DNA of 64,000 nucleotides from a bacterium (GTDB lineage Bacteria > UBA8248). This document shows positions 1 through 11,522 of this stretch, piece by piece; the stretch's first letter is position 1; the number at the start of each line of letters is the position of its first letter. The stretch covers positions 1,056,001 to 1,120,000 of the forward strand of contig CBDBZU010000004.1 of the NCBI GenBank assembly GCA_965213625.1, given 5' to 3'. The notes beneath the pieces are model-generated. The model did not search any database. It was not told the origin of the DNA and saw nothing but the letters and a program-made list of their open reading frames with translations. The position numbers were made by a program, and so were the translations under genes.

Positions 1-291
1 GAACTGCTCAAGCAACCCCAGTATGCGCCCGAGATAGTACACCGCCAGACCATGTCAATATTCCTGGGCACGCAGGGCTATCTCGATAATGTGGATATCG
101 AAGACATTCAAAAAGTGAACAACGACTTCCTGACTTATATGGAGACGAGTCACTCGCAGCTGGTGAGCGATCTGATCGAAAAGCGCGAGTTGACCGACGA
201 GATCACCGAGGGCATGCGGGCCGCGTGCGAGGAATTCATGAAGACGCTCCAGACGGCGGAGCCCGAAGCGGCGGCTGCCGCGGCGGAGTAG
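1..291 (+). CDS. atpA: F1Fo ATP synthase subunit alpha, C-terminal part (5' end outside window)
   Basis: Frame reads ELLKQPQYAP...GYLD...LT, typical AtpA C-terminus; directly upstream of atpG. Confidence 0.93.
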   Translation, partial: ELLKQPQYAPEIVHRQTMSIFLGTQGYLDNVDIEDIQKVNNDFLTYMETSHSQLVSDLIEKRELTDEITEGMRAACEEFMKTLQTAEPEAAAAAAE

Positions 292-298
292 GTGAAAA

Positions 299-1180
299 AT
301 GGCCTCTACCAGAGATTACAAGCGCCGCATACGCAGCGTAAAGAACACCCAGCAGATCACGAGAGCGATGAAGCTCGTGGCTGCTTCGAAGGTGCGGAGA
401 GCGCAGGAGCGCATCGAGAGCGCCCGGCCCTACAGCGAGAAAATTGAGGAGCTGGTGAATTCGCTGGCCGCGAAAGTCTCAGCGGACACGCACCCCCTTC
501 TACGCGACGACATGAAGGACGACAGGGTGCTTCTGCTCGTCATCACCTCGGACAAGGGCCTTTGCGGCGGCTACAACACCAATTTACTTCGCCAGGCATT
601 TCAGTTCCTGAGAAAGCGCGAGGAAGAGGGCAAAGAGACAGAGATAATCGTCGTGGGCCGCAAGGGCCGCGATTTCCTCGCGCGACGGGAATATGCGTTC
701 AAAGAGGAGTTCACCGAAGTCTACGGGAAGATTGACTTCGCTCTCGCCACACAATTGGCCGAAATTTTGACCAAGGCGTACCTTGAAGAGGGCTTCGATG
801 AGGTCCACATCATCACCACGGAATTTCGCACGATTTTGAGCCAGAACCCTAGGCTCTCGCGTCTTCTGCCCTTGGCCCCCCCGGTGCCCGAGTCTATCAA
901 CGAGCAAGGTGAACCCGTGGCGGCGGAATACATTTACGAGCCCTCGATGGAGGGCGTGCTGGACAGCATCTTGCCGAGACACGTGCGGGTGCAGATCTAC
1001 AAATCGCTCCTCGATGCGGAGGCGAGCGAGTTCGGCGCCCGAATGACGGCAATGGACAACGCGTCCAGAAACGCCGAGGAAATGATCGGGACACTGACAT
1101 TGCAGATGAACCGCGTGCGCCAGGCTTCGATCACCACGGAGTTGCTCGAAGTGGTGGCCGGGGCCGATGCGTTGGCGTAG
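299..1180 (+). CDS. atpG: ATP synthase F1 subunit gamma
   Basis: RIRSVKNTQQITRAMKLVAASK, SDKGLCGGYN, ARMTAMDNA, RQASITTEL motifs. Confidence 0.98.
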   Translation: MASTRDYKRRIRSVKNTQQITRAMKLVAASKVRRAQERIESARPYSEKIEELVNSLAAKVSADTHPLLRDDMKDDRVLLLVITSDKGLCGGYNTNLLRQAFQFLRKREEEGKETEIIVVGRKGRDFLARREYAFKEEFTEVYGKIDFALATQLAEILTKAYLEEGFDEVHIITTEFRTILSQNPRLSRLLPLAPPVPESINEQGEPVAAEYIYEPSMEGVLDSILPRHVRVQIYKSLLDAEASEFGARMTAMDNASRNAEEMIGTLTLQMNRVRQASITTELLEVVAGADALA

Positions 1181-1227
1181 AGGATTACGGATCAGAGAAA
1201 ACATCTCCGAATAGAGCTACTCGATGA

Positions 1228-2688
<1,461 letters not shown>

Positions 2689-2692
2689 GAGA

Positions 2693-3118
2693 ATGGTTGA
2701 AGGCAAGATGATGCTCGACATCGTAACGCCCGAGCGGAAGCTCGTCTCCACCGAGGTGGACGAGGTGACGGCTCCGGGGTTTTACGGCGAGTTCGGCGTA
2801 TTGCCCCAGCACACGCCCTACCTGTGCCAGCTCGGCGTCGGCGTGCTCAGCTACCGTACGGGCAGCGCGCGGTATTTCATCTCGATCATCGAGGGATACG
2901 CCGAGGTAGGACCGGACAAGATAACCATCCTGGCGGAGAGCGCCGAGCGGGCCGAAGACATCGACGCTGCGCGCGCGCAGGAATCGCGCCAGCGCGCGCA
3001 GGAGCGCATGGGGGGCCAGAAGAGCGAGGAAGAACTCGATTTCGATCGCGCCGAGTTGTCCTTGAAGCGCGCCATCACCCGCATTTCCGTAGCGAACCAA
3101 AGCGGCCTCAACAACTAA
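2693..3118 (+). CDS. atpC: ATP synthase F1 subunit epsilon
   Basis: LDIVTPER, GEFGVLPQHTP, ILAESAE..DID motifs; ATG 4 nt after atpD stop. Confidence 0.96.
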   Translation: MVEGKMMLDIVTPERKLVSTEVDEVTAPGFYGEFGVLPQHTPYLCQLGVGVLSYRTGSARYFISIIEGYAEVGPDKITILAESAERAEDIDAARAQESRQRAQERMGGQKSEEELDFDRAELSLKRAITRISVANQSGLNN

Positions 3119-3132
3119 CGGGCATTTCGCAT

Positions 3133-3179
3133 GGGGGCTGTTGTTTACCTGAAAGGGTGAATGACAGCCCTCTTTTTTT
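3133..3179 (+). terminator. Rho-independent terminator of atp operon
   Basis: GGGGGCTGTTGTTTACCT-GAAA-GGGTGAATGACAGCCCTC stem followed by T7. Confidence 0.85.
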
Positions 3180-3288
3180 GCCGTATACATGAGGCCGAAA
3201 ATCTTGTGTCGATTGGATTGATCGCTAAGAGTGAGCAATCAAAATATGCCGTCTGAAAATGGAAGTTTCGTTTCCAGGAGATGATGTC

Positions 3289-3732
3289 ATGAAAATTTTG
3301 TCCCTCGCTATTTTTACGGTCGTGATTTCGCTCGCTCTGGCGGCGCCCTCTCATCCGGCGGGGGATCCCAAACCCGAGATGGCCGGGCAGAATTATGCGC
3401 AAGGAGAGGAAAAAGCGCGGCAGGGAAATTGGGCGGAAGCTGCGGCCCTGTTCCAGAAGGTGATCGAGGAAGACGATCAGCATTACAAGGCCTTCAACAT
3501 GCTGGGCTATTCTTTGAGGAAGTTGGGCAAGGCGAAAGAGGCCATTGCCGCTTACAACAAGGCGCTTTCCATCAAGCCCGACTACGCGCCCGCTCTCGAA
3601 TACAGGGGCGTCGCCCACGTCATGGCCGGAAACAAGGCGGCCGCGCTGGCGGATTTACAAAAGTTGAAAACCCTGGGTTCTCCCCTCGCAGAAGACCTTG
3701 ACAAGCAGATCGCGGCCATGCCGGCCAACTGA
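3289..3732 (+). CDS. Exported tetratricopeptide-repeat protein
   Basis: Signal peptide then TPR motifs (AFNMLGYSLRKLG..EAIAAYNKALSIKPDY); AGGAG RBS. Confidence 0.85.
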   Translation: MKILSLAIFTVVISLALAAPSHPAGDPKPEMAGQNYAQGEEKARQGNWAEAAALFQKVIEEDDQHYKAFNMLGYSLRKLGKAKEAIAAYNKALSIKPDYAPALEYRGVAHVMAGNKAAALADLQKLKTLGSPLAEDLDKQIAAMPAN

Positions 3733-3782
3733 TTCTCCTGATCATAAATCCGCCCTGCAGGATGAGACCCGCGGGGCGGTTT

Positions 3783-4973
3783 TTATATGCGCATGAACTT
3801 CATGGGGAATTTCTGGAGGGCGCGCGCACCGGTCTTGGTGACTTCCACGAGGTTTCCCACCTGAAGGCCGCGCCTGCCGTCCGCCGTGCAGACGTTGGGC
3901 TGAATCACCATGAGCATTCCCTCCTTGAAGGTGATTTCGTTCTGGGGCCGCTTGAGGATGGTGGCGCCTACATCCACGCGGGGGTTTTCGATGAGCAGCC
4001 CCCAGCCGTGGAAGGTGGTGTCGAAGGTGGTGAATCCTTCCTCCTCGATGATGGAGCCGGCGCGCTTGATGTCCTCGTGCGTGTTGCCCGGCTTCAAGGC
4101 CTCGAGGATGCGCTCATAAGCCTCCACGCTCACCTCGTAGAGTTTCCGGTAGATGGGCGTCGGCTCAACGCCTACGGAGATGGGCCGGTGCGCCTGGCCG
4201 GGGTGCATCTCGTAATCGGCGGAAAGCTCCGTGAGCACGATATCGCCTTTTCTGATCTTGCGGTGCGAGGGGAACTGGTTCGGGAAGATTAGCTGCGGTC
4301 TCGCCATGGAGGTCGAACCCACGAAAATGAGCTGCGGGCTCCCGCCTTTGGGCACGTATGCGCCGGAGATGGTGGCGGCGAGTTCGAACTCGCTCATGCC
4401 TGTCTTTGCTTTTTTATCTAGTGCCTCGAATGCCATGTCCGTGAGCGCCGCCCCGCGCCGGAACCACTTGAGTTCCTCACGGCTCTTGATGAGCCGCACT
4501 TCGGCAAGGATGTCCGAGGCGTCGGTGAAGTTCGCACCTTTGAGGGTCTTTCGCCAGTGATCCACTACGCTGAATGGCATGGAGACGGGCAGAATGCCGC
4601 GAAAGCCGACAAGGCCGATGGTTCCTTTCGCAAGGCCCAGTTCGCGGATGCGTCCCTCGACCTTGAGCCCCGGCTCGTAGTCCACGGCCTCTGTTTTCGC
4701 GATGACGCTCATCTTCTTGGCGTAGGGGAGATAGAGCCTGTTCGACATGAAAAGGGCGGGCGCACCCTTGAGCGGAAATACGAAGAAACTGCTCACCGGG
4801 TCCTTGTAGTTCGTGACGTATTTCAGGTTGGCCTGGTTGCCGCCCTGCATTCCCGAATCCCCGTAGAAGATGAGGACGTCGATTCCCCGCGCGCGCATCC
4901 TTTTTCTGATCTCGCGGTAGCGTCGCGCGTATTCGGTTTTCGGGTAGCGGGGAAAATCTTTTGCAGAAGCCAT
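3783..4973 (-). CDS. M24 (Xaa-Pro peptidase/creatinase) fold protein
   Basis: Creatinase-N-like start, RLIKSREE, HGWGL, QPN motifs. Confidence 0.85.
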   Translation of the reverse strand: MASAKDFPRYPKTEYARRYREIRKRMRARGIDVLIFYGDSGMQGGNQANLKYVTNYKDPVSSFFVFPLKGAPALFMSNRLYLPYAKKMSVIAKTEAVDYEPGLKVEGRIRELGLAKGTIGLVGFRGILPVSMPFSVVDHWRKTLKGANFTDASDILAEVRLIKSREELKWFRRGAALTDMAFEALDKKAKTGMSEFELAATISGAYVPKGGSPQLIFVGSTSMARPQLIFPNQFPSHRKIRKGDIVLTELSADYEMHPGQAHRPISVGVEPTPIYRKLYEVSVEAYERILEALKPGNTHEDIKRAGSIIEEEGFTTFDTTFHGWGLLIENPRVDVGATILKRPQNEITFKEGMLMVIQPNVCTADGRRGLQVGNLVEVTKTGARALQKFPMKFMRI

Positions 4974-4993
4974 TGTAGTGTCTCCCTGGTGTT

Positions 4994-6001
4994 CTATGCC
5001 TTCAGCGCGGGCATAAGTTCGTCGGAGATGAGCCGCGCGCTCTCAAGCGCCGAGGAGGCAGGCATGCCTATCCAGTGCGTGCGGAAGATGAAGTGGTTCA
5101 CGCCCATGTCCTTGTAGGGCTTGAGCTCCTCGTAGCAATCCTCCGGCGAGCCGATGACGAAGCGATCCTTGAGCAGGTCTTCAAAGGGCTGATCGAAGGT
5201 CTCATCCCCGGGCAGGGCCTTGTCCTGCCCCCAGCGGGCGTAGTCCCTGTATTTCTGGCCAAGGTAGGGGCCGGCGAGTTCGAGCGCCGTTTTCCTGTCC
5301 TTGGCGCAGAAGACCTCCTTCATGCAGGGGAGCTCCTCGGGCATGGGTTTACCCGCCTCGGCCAGGCCTTCGCGGTAGACGTCCATCTGGCGAGCGATGG
5401 TAGCCGTGGTGGCGTGGGGGTTGATGAAGAGCGTATCGCCCATGTGCGCGGCGCGCTTCACGGCCGGGTCGTTGTTCGCTGCGAACCAGATGGGCGGATG
5501 GGGTTTCTGCACGGGGCGCATGTTCATGCGCACGTTATCGAGTGTGCAGTATTCGCTCTCGAACGACACGGATTCTTCCGTCCAAAGACGCTTCACCAGT
5601 TCGAGGCAGTCAATGAAGCGCTTCACCCGCTCTCCCCGCCGGACGCCGAAGGCGTCGAACTCCACGTCGCGGTATCCCAGGCCTACGCCGAACGCCATAT
5701 TGCCCTCGGCGATGACGTCCATGGTGGCGACTGTCTCCGCCACGTAGACCGGATTATGCAGATTGATGAGCAACACGCCGATGCCGAGCATCATGTCGCC
5801 CGCCTCGGCTTTTAAGCGTGCGAGAAATGGCAGGTTTTGCAAGTGCTGCACGTTGCCCTCGCTCAGGTAGTGCTGGCCGGTGAAAAAAGAATCCCAGCCC
5901 TTGTCGCGCGTCAGGCGAACCAGATCGATTTGAGAGCGGAACGCATCGACCAGATTGGCGTCCAGGGTTTGTTGCGCGGACAAAAAGATGCCGAATTTCA
6001 T
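4994..6001 (-). CDS. LLM-class flavin-dependent oxidoreductase
   Basis: MKFGIF, GVGLGYRDVEFDAFG, RPVQKPHPPIW motifs. Confidence 0.9.
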   Translation of the reverse strand: MKFGIFLSAQQTLDANLVDAFRSQIDLVRLTRDKGWDSFFTGQHYLSEGNVQHLQNLPFLARLKAEAGDMMLGIGVLLINLHNPVYVAETVATMDVIAEGNMAFGVGLGYRDVEFDAFGVRRGERVKRFIDCLELVKRLWTEESVSFESEYCTLDNVRMNMRPVQKPHPPIWFAANNDPAVKRAAHMGDTLFINPHATTATIARQMDVYREGLAEAGKPMPEELPCMKEVFCAKDRKTALELAGPYLGQKYRDYARWGQDKALPGDETFDQPFEDLLKDRFVIGSPEDCYEELKPYKDMGVNHFIFRTHWIGMPASSALESARLISDELMPALKA

Positions 6002-6040
6002 ATTTAAACCTCAGGAAAAGCGTTTTATCCGTGATGGTGT

Positions 6041-6078
6041 AAAAAAACCGCGGGGGGCGCCTATCCGCCCCCCGCGGC
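6041..6078 (-). terminator. Rho-independent terminator after the SBP gene
   Basis: CCGCGGGGGGCG/CGCCCCCCGCGG stem with an A-tract on + (U-tract on -). Confidence 0.75.
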
Positions 6079-6101
6079 GTGTGAAGCGAAAAACACCCGC
6101 T

Positions 6102-7631
6102 TTAGTTCATGCCGAGCACTTCGATCTCCCAGGGGAGAAGCGTCTCGTCGTGGCGCGGAGTCCACTTGAGATTCGCCCGGTGGCCGAGTACGTCGTGGAT
6201 CTTCACGACGATCTTGTGCGTGGCCAGTTCTTTCATCTTGTCGGTTACGGCCTCGAACGCCATCTGCTGTTCTTTCTCGTCGATGGTGGAGTTGGCCTTG
6301 TCGATCATCGCATCCAGCTCCTTGAAGCACATGCCGCTCCAGGCGCCTTTGCAGCCCGACGTTCCGCGAAGCACGCCGGAGGAATCGCCCCCGCCGTTGC
6401 CGAAGCCCATGTAGTAAGCCGCAGCGCCTTTTTTCTTGCCCGCTTTGTAAGCGCGGTGGTTTTTCTTGAAGAGCGGGAATCGCTGGGAGTTGCACTTGGC
6501 GTCCACACCGACTTTCTTGATCATGCCGGCGATGGCCTCACACGTGGCCTTGTCGCCCGGGTAGCGGCCGTTCGTGGCGATGATCTCCATCTTGAAGCCC
6601 TTTTCGTGTCCGGTTTCCTTCAAGAGGGCCTTTGCCTTGGCCGGGTCGTAGCCGTACCATTTTTTCTTCGGGTTGTAGCCCGAATAGTTCCAGGGGTGGA
6701 GCATTTGACCGAAGAGGTCGGCGCGTCCGCCCAGGATGGTCGTGCGAATTGCTTCCGCGTCGATGGCGTAGTTGATCGCCCTGCGCACCTTCACGTTGGC
6801 CATCGGGCCGCCGTGTCCCGTGAAAAATCCCATGTGCATGATGCGCACGGCGGGGACGACGGCGATTTTCGTTTTCGGGTTTTTCTCGACCTGAGGGATG
6901 AACTGCGGCATGATGCCCCAGGCCACGTCGATCTCGCCTACCAGTAGCGCCTTGGCGCGCGTGGCAGTCTCTCTAATGCCCCGGAGTACGATGCGCTGCG
7001 GTCGTTTCGGGAAGTTCTTGTTGTTCCACCAGTTCGGGTTCGCCTCGAACTCCAACCTCTGGCCCTTCTTAAAAGATTTCAGGATGTAGGGACCCGTGCC
7101 GTAGGTGTTGCGCGTAAGGTGGGCGAGTTCCATTTTTTTGGTCTTCAGGCTGATGGGGCCGGCCCAGCGGGTCAGGCGGTTCCACATGCCACTGTCATAT
7201 TGTTTGTTGTGGTAGATGAAGGTGTTGTCGTCGACAACTTCGATCTTATCGAGGTTTTTGAAGTATGTTCTCTGGCGCGCGGACTTCATGATACGGCTGA
7301 AGGTGTATTTGACATTCTCGGCGGTCAGACGCGTGCCGTCCGAGAATTTCACGCCCTTTCTCAGACTAAACTTTGCTTGCGTTGGAGTGACTTTCACCCA
7401 CTTGGTGGCGAGCCAGGGCTTTTTCTCACCCGTTCCGGTCTCGGCGTGAATCAGGGTGTCATAGCTCCAACGCCAGACCATCGCGCCGATGAAACTAGAA
7501 ACGCGGTGTGGGTCCATTGTGTTGGGCAGGTTCGAGAGAGAGATAGTGACGGTGCTTTTCGCGTGTGCCGTCGTGAGCGCTCCTAGCACCAGCATGGCGA
7601 AAGCGGCCAGAATTACGAGAAACTTGCGCAT
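6102..7631 (-). CDS. ABC transporter substrate-binding protein, family 5 (DppA/OppA-like), copy 1
   Basis: Signal peptide, LRKGVKFSDG, GTGPY, VRRAINYAID. Confidence 0.93.
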   Translation of the reverse strand: MRKFLVILAAFAMLVLGALTTAHAKSTVTISLSNLPNTMDPHRVSSFIGAMVWRWSYDTLIHAETGTGEKKPWLATKWVKVTPTQAKFSLRKGVKFSDGTRLTAENVKYTFSRIMKSARQRTYFKNLDKIEVVDDNTFIYHNKQYDSGMWNRLTRWAGPISLKTKKMELAHLTRNTYGTGPYILKSFKKGQRLEFEANPNWWNNKNFPKRPQRIVLRGIRETATRAKALLVGEIDVAWGIMPQFIPQVEKNPKTKIAVVPAVRIMHMGFFTGHGGPMANVKVRRAINYAIDAEAIRTTILGGRADLFGQMLHPWNYSGYNPKKKWYGYDPAKAKALLKETGHEKGFKMEIIATNGRYPGDKATCEAIAGMIKKVGVDAKCNSQRFPLFKKNHRAYKAGKKKGAAAYYMGFGNGGGDSSGVLRGTSGCKGAWSGMCFKELDAMIDKANSTIDEKEQQMAFEAVTDKMKELATHKIVVKIHDVLGHRANLKWTPRHDETLLPWEIEVLGMN

Positions 7632-8013
7632 CGTCTTTCCTCCTTTAGAGGGACAGGTTGCGAAAATCTACTCCTGCTAGATGAAAAATCACTATTGTAA
7701 TCACTTAAACAATTTGTGATTTTTCTCGCCTAAATATTGTCATATGTCTAAATTTATCATGGATTCGAACGAAGCGTCAAAGCAAGGAAACGACTTGTCG
7801 ACGCCTGGATTCCTGGTGAAGGCGGGGTGCCTCGTCGTGAAAGCTGGAAGATTGTGTCGTGGTTTCGGAATTTCGGGGAGTTCTATCCTTGGTCGTAGTT
7901 AAAGTGAGGACAAATCAACATCGCCGCTGTGGGGGCTCGAACATCCACGAGATCGACAGATCTGATGATGTCGAGCCGCCCACAACGGCGAGATGCAGCG
8001 AAGAAAGCCCGGC

Positions 8014-9543
8014 TTAGTTCATGCCGAGCACACCGATCTCCCAGGGGAGGAGTGTTTCGTCGTGGCGCGGGATCCATTTCAGGTTCGAGCCATGGCCGAG
8101 CACGTCGTGGATCTTCACGACGATCTTGTGCGTAACCAGTTTTTTCATCAAGTCGGTTACGCCTTCGAATGCCATCTGCTGTTTTTTCGGGTCGACGGTG
8201 GCCGTGGCCGCGTCGATCGCCTTATCCAGCTCCGGGTAGCACATGCCGCTCCAGGGGCCCTTGCAGCTCGACGTTCCGCGAAGCACGGAAGTGGAGTCGC
8301 CCTGGCCGTTGCCGAAGCCCATGTAGTAGGCGGCGGCGCCTTTTCTCTTGCCGGCCTTGTAGGCGCGGTGCAGCTTCTTGAAGAGTGGGAAGCGCTGGGA
8401 GTTACACAGGGCGTCCACGCCGACTTTCTTGACCATGCCGGCGATGGCCTCACAAGTAGCCTTGTCGCCCGGGTAGCGGCCGTTCGTGGCGATGATCTCC
8501 ATCTTGAAGCCCTTGCCGTAGCCGGCTTCCTTCAAGAGGGCTTTCGCCTTGGCCGGGTCGTAGCCGTACCATTTTTTCTTCGGGTTATAGCCCGAGTAGT
8601 TCCAGGGATGGAGCATCTGACCGAACAGGTCGGCGCGCCCGCCCAGGATGGTCGTGCGAATCGCTTCTGCGTTGATGGCGTAGTTGATCGCTTTGCGTAC
8701 CTTCACGTTGGCCATCGGGCCGCCGTGTTTCGTGAAGAAGCCCATGTGCATGATGCGCACGGCGGGGACGACGGCGACTTTCGTCTTCGGGTTTTTCTCG
8801 AGTTGGGGGATGAACTGCGGCATGATGCCCCAGGCCACGTCGATCTCGCCCGCCTGAAGCGCCTTGGCGCGCGTGGCAGTCTCGCGGATGCGGCGGAGAA
8901 CGATGCGCTGCGGCCGTTTCGGGAAGTTCTTGTTGTTCCACCAGTTCGGGTTCGCATCGAACACCATCTTCTGGCCCTTGGTCCAGGATTTCAGAATGTA
9001 GGGACCCGTGCCATAGGTGTTGCGAGAGATGTGGGCGAGTTCCATGCCCTTGGTCTTCAGGCTGATGGGGCCGGCCCAGCGGGTCAGACGGTTCCACATG
9101 CCGCCGTCGGGTTCACTGTTGTGATAGATGAAGGTGTGATCGTCGATGACTTCGATTTTCTCGATGTTCTTGAAGTACTGCCTTTGCCGCGCGGACTTCA
9201 TAATACGGCTGATGGTGTACTTGAAGCTCTCCGCCGTGAAGGGCGAGCCATCCGAGAACTTGACGCCCTTTCTCAGGCTGAACTTCCATTTCAGGGGAGA
9301 GAGTTGCACCCACTTCGTGGCGAGCCAGGGCTTTTTCGCGCCCGTTCCGGTCTCGGCATGAAGAAGGGTGTCGTAGCTCCAACGCCAGACCATCGCGCCG
9401 ACGAAGTTCGAGACGCGGTGCGGGTCCATTGTCGGTGGTTCGCCCGAGAGGGCGATGGTGACGGTGCTTTTTGCATGCGCCGTCAGGGGCGCGCCCACCG
9501 CCAGAATGGCGAAGACGGCCAGGATTACGAGAAACTTCCGCAT
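8014..9543 (-). CDS. ABC transporter substrate-binding protein, family 5, copy 2 (tandem paralog)
   Basis: Same length (509 aa) and long identical stretches relative to copy 1. Confidence 0.93.
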   Translation of the reverse strand: MRKFLVILAVFAILAVGAPLTAHAKSTVTIALSGEPPTMDPHRVSNFVGAMVWRWSYDTLLHAETGTGAKKPWLATKWVQLSPLKWKFSLRKGVKFSDGSPFTAESFKYTISRIMKSARQRQYFKNIEKIEVIDDHTFIYHNSEPDGGMWNRLTRWAGPISLKTKGMELAHISRNTYGTGPYILKSWTKGQKMVFDANPNWWNNKNFPKRPQRIVLRRIRETATRAKALQAGEIDVAWGIMPQFIPQLEKNPKTKVAVVPAVRIMHMGFFTKHGGPMANVKVRKAINYAINAEAIRTTILGGRADLFGQMLHPWNYSGYNPKKKWYGYDPAKAKALLKEAGYGKGFKMEIIATNGRYPGDKATCEAIAGMVKKVGVDALCNSQRFPLFKKLHRAYKAGKRKGAAAYYMGFGNGQGDSTSVLRGTSSCKGPWSGMCYPELDKAIDAATATVDPKKQQMAFEGVTDLMKKLVTHKIVVKIHDVLGHGSNLKWIPRHDETLLPWEIGVLGMN

Positions 9544-9782
9544 CGTTTTTCCTCCTTTAGGAAAAGTAAAGGGTCCAAAAACTTCACTTCTGTGAAGATG
9601 TAACTCCTTTTGATTGTTAATTTTTATGTAACCGAATGATGATTTTTATCATGGTTGCGAATCAAGCGTCAAAGCTTGGGCGGGTGCTCCGCCACAAAGT
9701 TTCCTTGTGAGCGCGCGGGCGTTGCGTGTATGGTTCCGGCACACACAATTCATGATTACAAATGAATCAAAGGAGGCTTTTC

Positions 9783-10958
9783 ATGGCGGCGGAGAACATC
9801 ATCGGCTCGTGGTTTCGTTATTTTCCAGAACACTATCTGTGGTCGCAGTTGATGAGCGGACAAATCAACATCTCCCCGATGGGGGGCTCGAACTTTCACG
9901 AACTCGATCAGATCGGCAAACGTTTGAGCGGACGCGCCGGCGACGCCGAAGCATGGCACGACGCCTGGGGCTGGATGTCGGACAAAACGCTGGCTCGCGC
10001 GGAGGATGAGGAGCGAAAGGGCCACACGCGCACCGCCATGTCGGCCTACGTGCGAAGCGCGATTTACCGCTACGCGAGCGAGCGTTTCGTCCATCCCGAT
10101 GATCCGAGGAAATCGGAATCCTATAGCAAACTCCTGCCCCATTACGAAAAAGGGATGAAATACCGCGTGCCCGGCTTCGAGCGCGTGGAAGTTCCTTATG
10201 AAGAAGGCCCGCTGGCGGCCTACCTGCTTCCGCCGAAAAACCCGACGGGCAATGATCCTTACGTCGCCTTTTTCGACGGGCTGGACGGCTCGAAGGAGAT
10301 CACCGTACTGTGGGGCGCGCTTGCCTTGATCGAACGCGGCGTCGGAGTGCTCTGCGTGGACGGGCCGGGGCAAGGCGAGACGCTCAGGCTGCGCAAGATA
10401 CCGAGCCGATTCGATTACGAGGTGGCAGGTTCCGCTGCGTTCGATTTTCTGGATGCGCGTCCCGAGGTGGATTCTACACGCATCGGACTTATGGCCATGA
10501 GCATGGGTGGATATTACGCGCCGCGCATCGCCGCCTTCGAGCACCGCTACGCGGCGTGCCTCACATGGGGGGCGCATTTCGACTATCACGAGGTCTGGGA
10601 GCACAGGAGAAAGGTGCTGGAAAGCGGCGGCACTATCTCCTCTTCCGCCATCTGGCAACTGCCCTGGGTGCTGGGCACGCCGGACATGGATACCGCGATG
10701 GAAAAGTGCAGGGCCTATACCCTGGAGGGCGTCTCTGAGAAGATACGCATGCCCATCTGCATCACCCACGGGCAGGATGACAACATCGTGCCTGTCGATA
10801 TGGCCCACAGGCTCTATGAGGCGTGCGGCTCGAAGGAAAAAGAACTCAAAATTTTCACCGTCGAGGACGGCGGCAGCCAGCATTGCGTATTCGACAACCT
10901 CCCGATGTGCGGCGAGTGGATCGCGGACTGGTGGATGGACAGGTTCGGTACGGCGTAG
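9783..10958 (+). CDS. Alpha/beta hydrolase, 2,6-dihydroxypseudooxynicotine hydrolase/FrsA-like
   Basis: DGLDGSKE, DGPGQGE, AMSMGGYYAPR, HG.DD, QHC; AGGAGG RBS. Confidence 0.85.
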   Translation: MAAENIIGSWFRYFPEHYLWSQLMSGQINISPMGGSNFHELDQIGKRLSGRAGDAEAWHDAWGWMSDKTLARAEDEERKGHTRTAMSAYVRSAIYRYASERFVHPDDPRKSESYSKLLPHYEKGMKYRVPGFERVEVPYEEGPLAAYLLPPKNPTGNDPYVAFFDGLDGSKEITVLWGALALIERGVGVLCVDGPGQGETLRLRKIPSRFDYEVAGSAAFDFLDARPEVDSTRIGLMAMSMGGYYAPRIAAFEHRYAACLTWGAHFDYHEVWEHRRKVLESGGTISSSAIWQLPWVLGTPDMDTAMEKCRAYTLEGVSEKIRMPICITHGQDDNIVPVDMAHRLYEACGSKEKELKIFTVEDGGSQHCVFDNLPMCGEWIADWWMDRFGTA

Positions 10959-11031
10959 GACTGCTTTTTCAGGCGGGGGTTTCCTGACACGGAGGCCTCC
11001 GCCTTTATCTTGTTCCCATAAGGAGAAGAAA

Positions 11032-11439
11032 ATGGCGGAAGAAACCAGAGAAGAAAAGGTAAAGCGCATTACGGAGAAGATTCATGGCGACAGGGGGTTC
11101 GTGTATGACGTGCTCGGCTTCGGCGCGCAACTGGACCCGGATTATTTTGAGATCTATTCGCAGATGCACTGGGGGTTTTTCAAGGAAGAGCCGCGCCATC
11201 TGGAGCCTAAGACGCGTGAACTCATCGAAATCGGCCTGCTCGCCTTCAAGGGCATGAAGCATGAGGTCTACACCCATACCAAAAAGGCGCTGCGCCTGGG
11301 CGCGACGATGGAAGAGGCGCTCGAGGCGTTCGAGGTAGCGAGCATCGGCGGCGGGGCGCCCGTGTTGATGGAAGGCCTCTACGCGCTCAAGCGCATCGCC
11401 GACGAGCAGGCCGAAGAGGAAAAGGCGAAATCCGGCTGA
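11032..11439 (+). CDS. Carboxymuconolactone decarboxylase/AhpD-fold protein
   Basis: LEPKTRELI...HTKKALRLGAT.EE..E motif; AAGGAG RBS. Confidence 0.8.
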   Translation: MAEETREEKVKRITEKIHGDRGFVYDVLGFGAQLDPDYFEIYSQMHWGFFKEEPRHLEPKTRELIEIGLLAFKGMKHEVYTHTKKALRLGATMEEALEAFEVASIGGGAPVLMEGLYALKRIADEQAEEEKAKSG

Positions 11440-11522
11440 GCGCTGGCCCGACGGGCTGATTTGTGAGAATCTTAAAAACTCCGGATGAAAAACTTAATCC
11501 TCCCGCGCAAGGAGAACATCTA

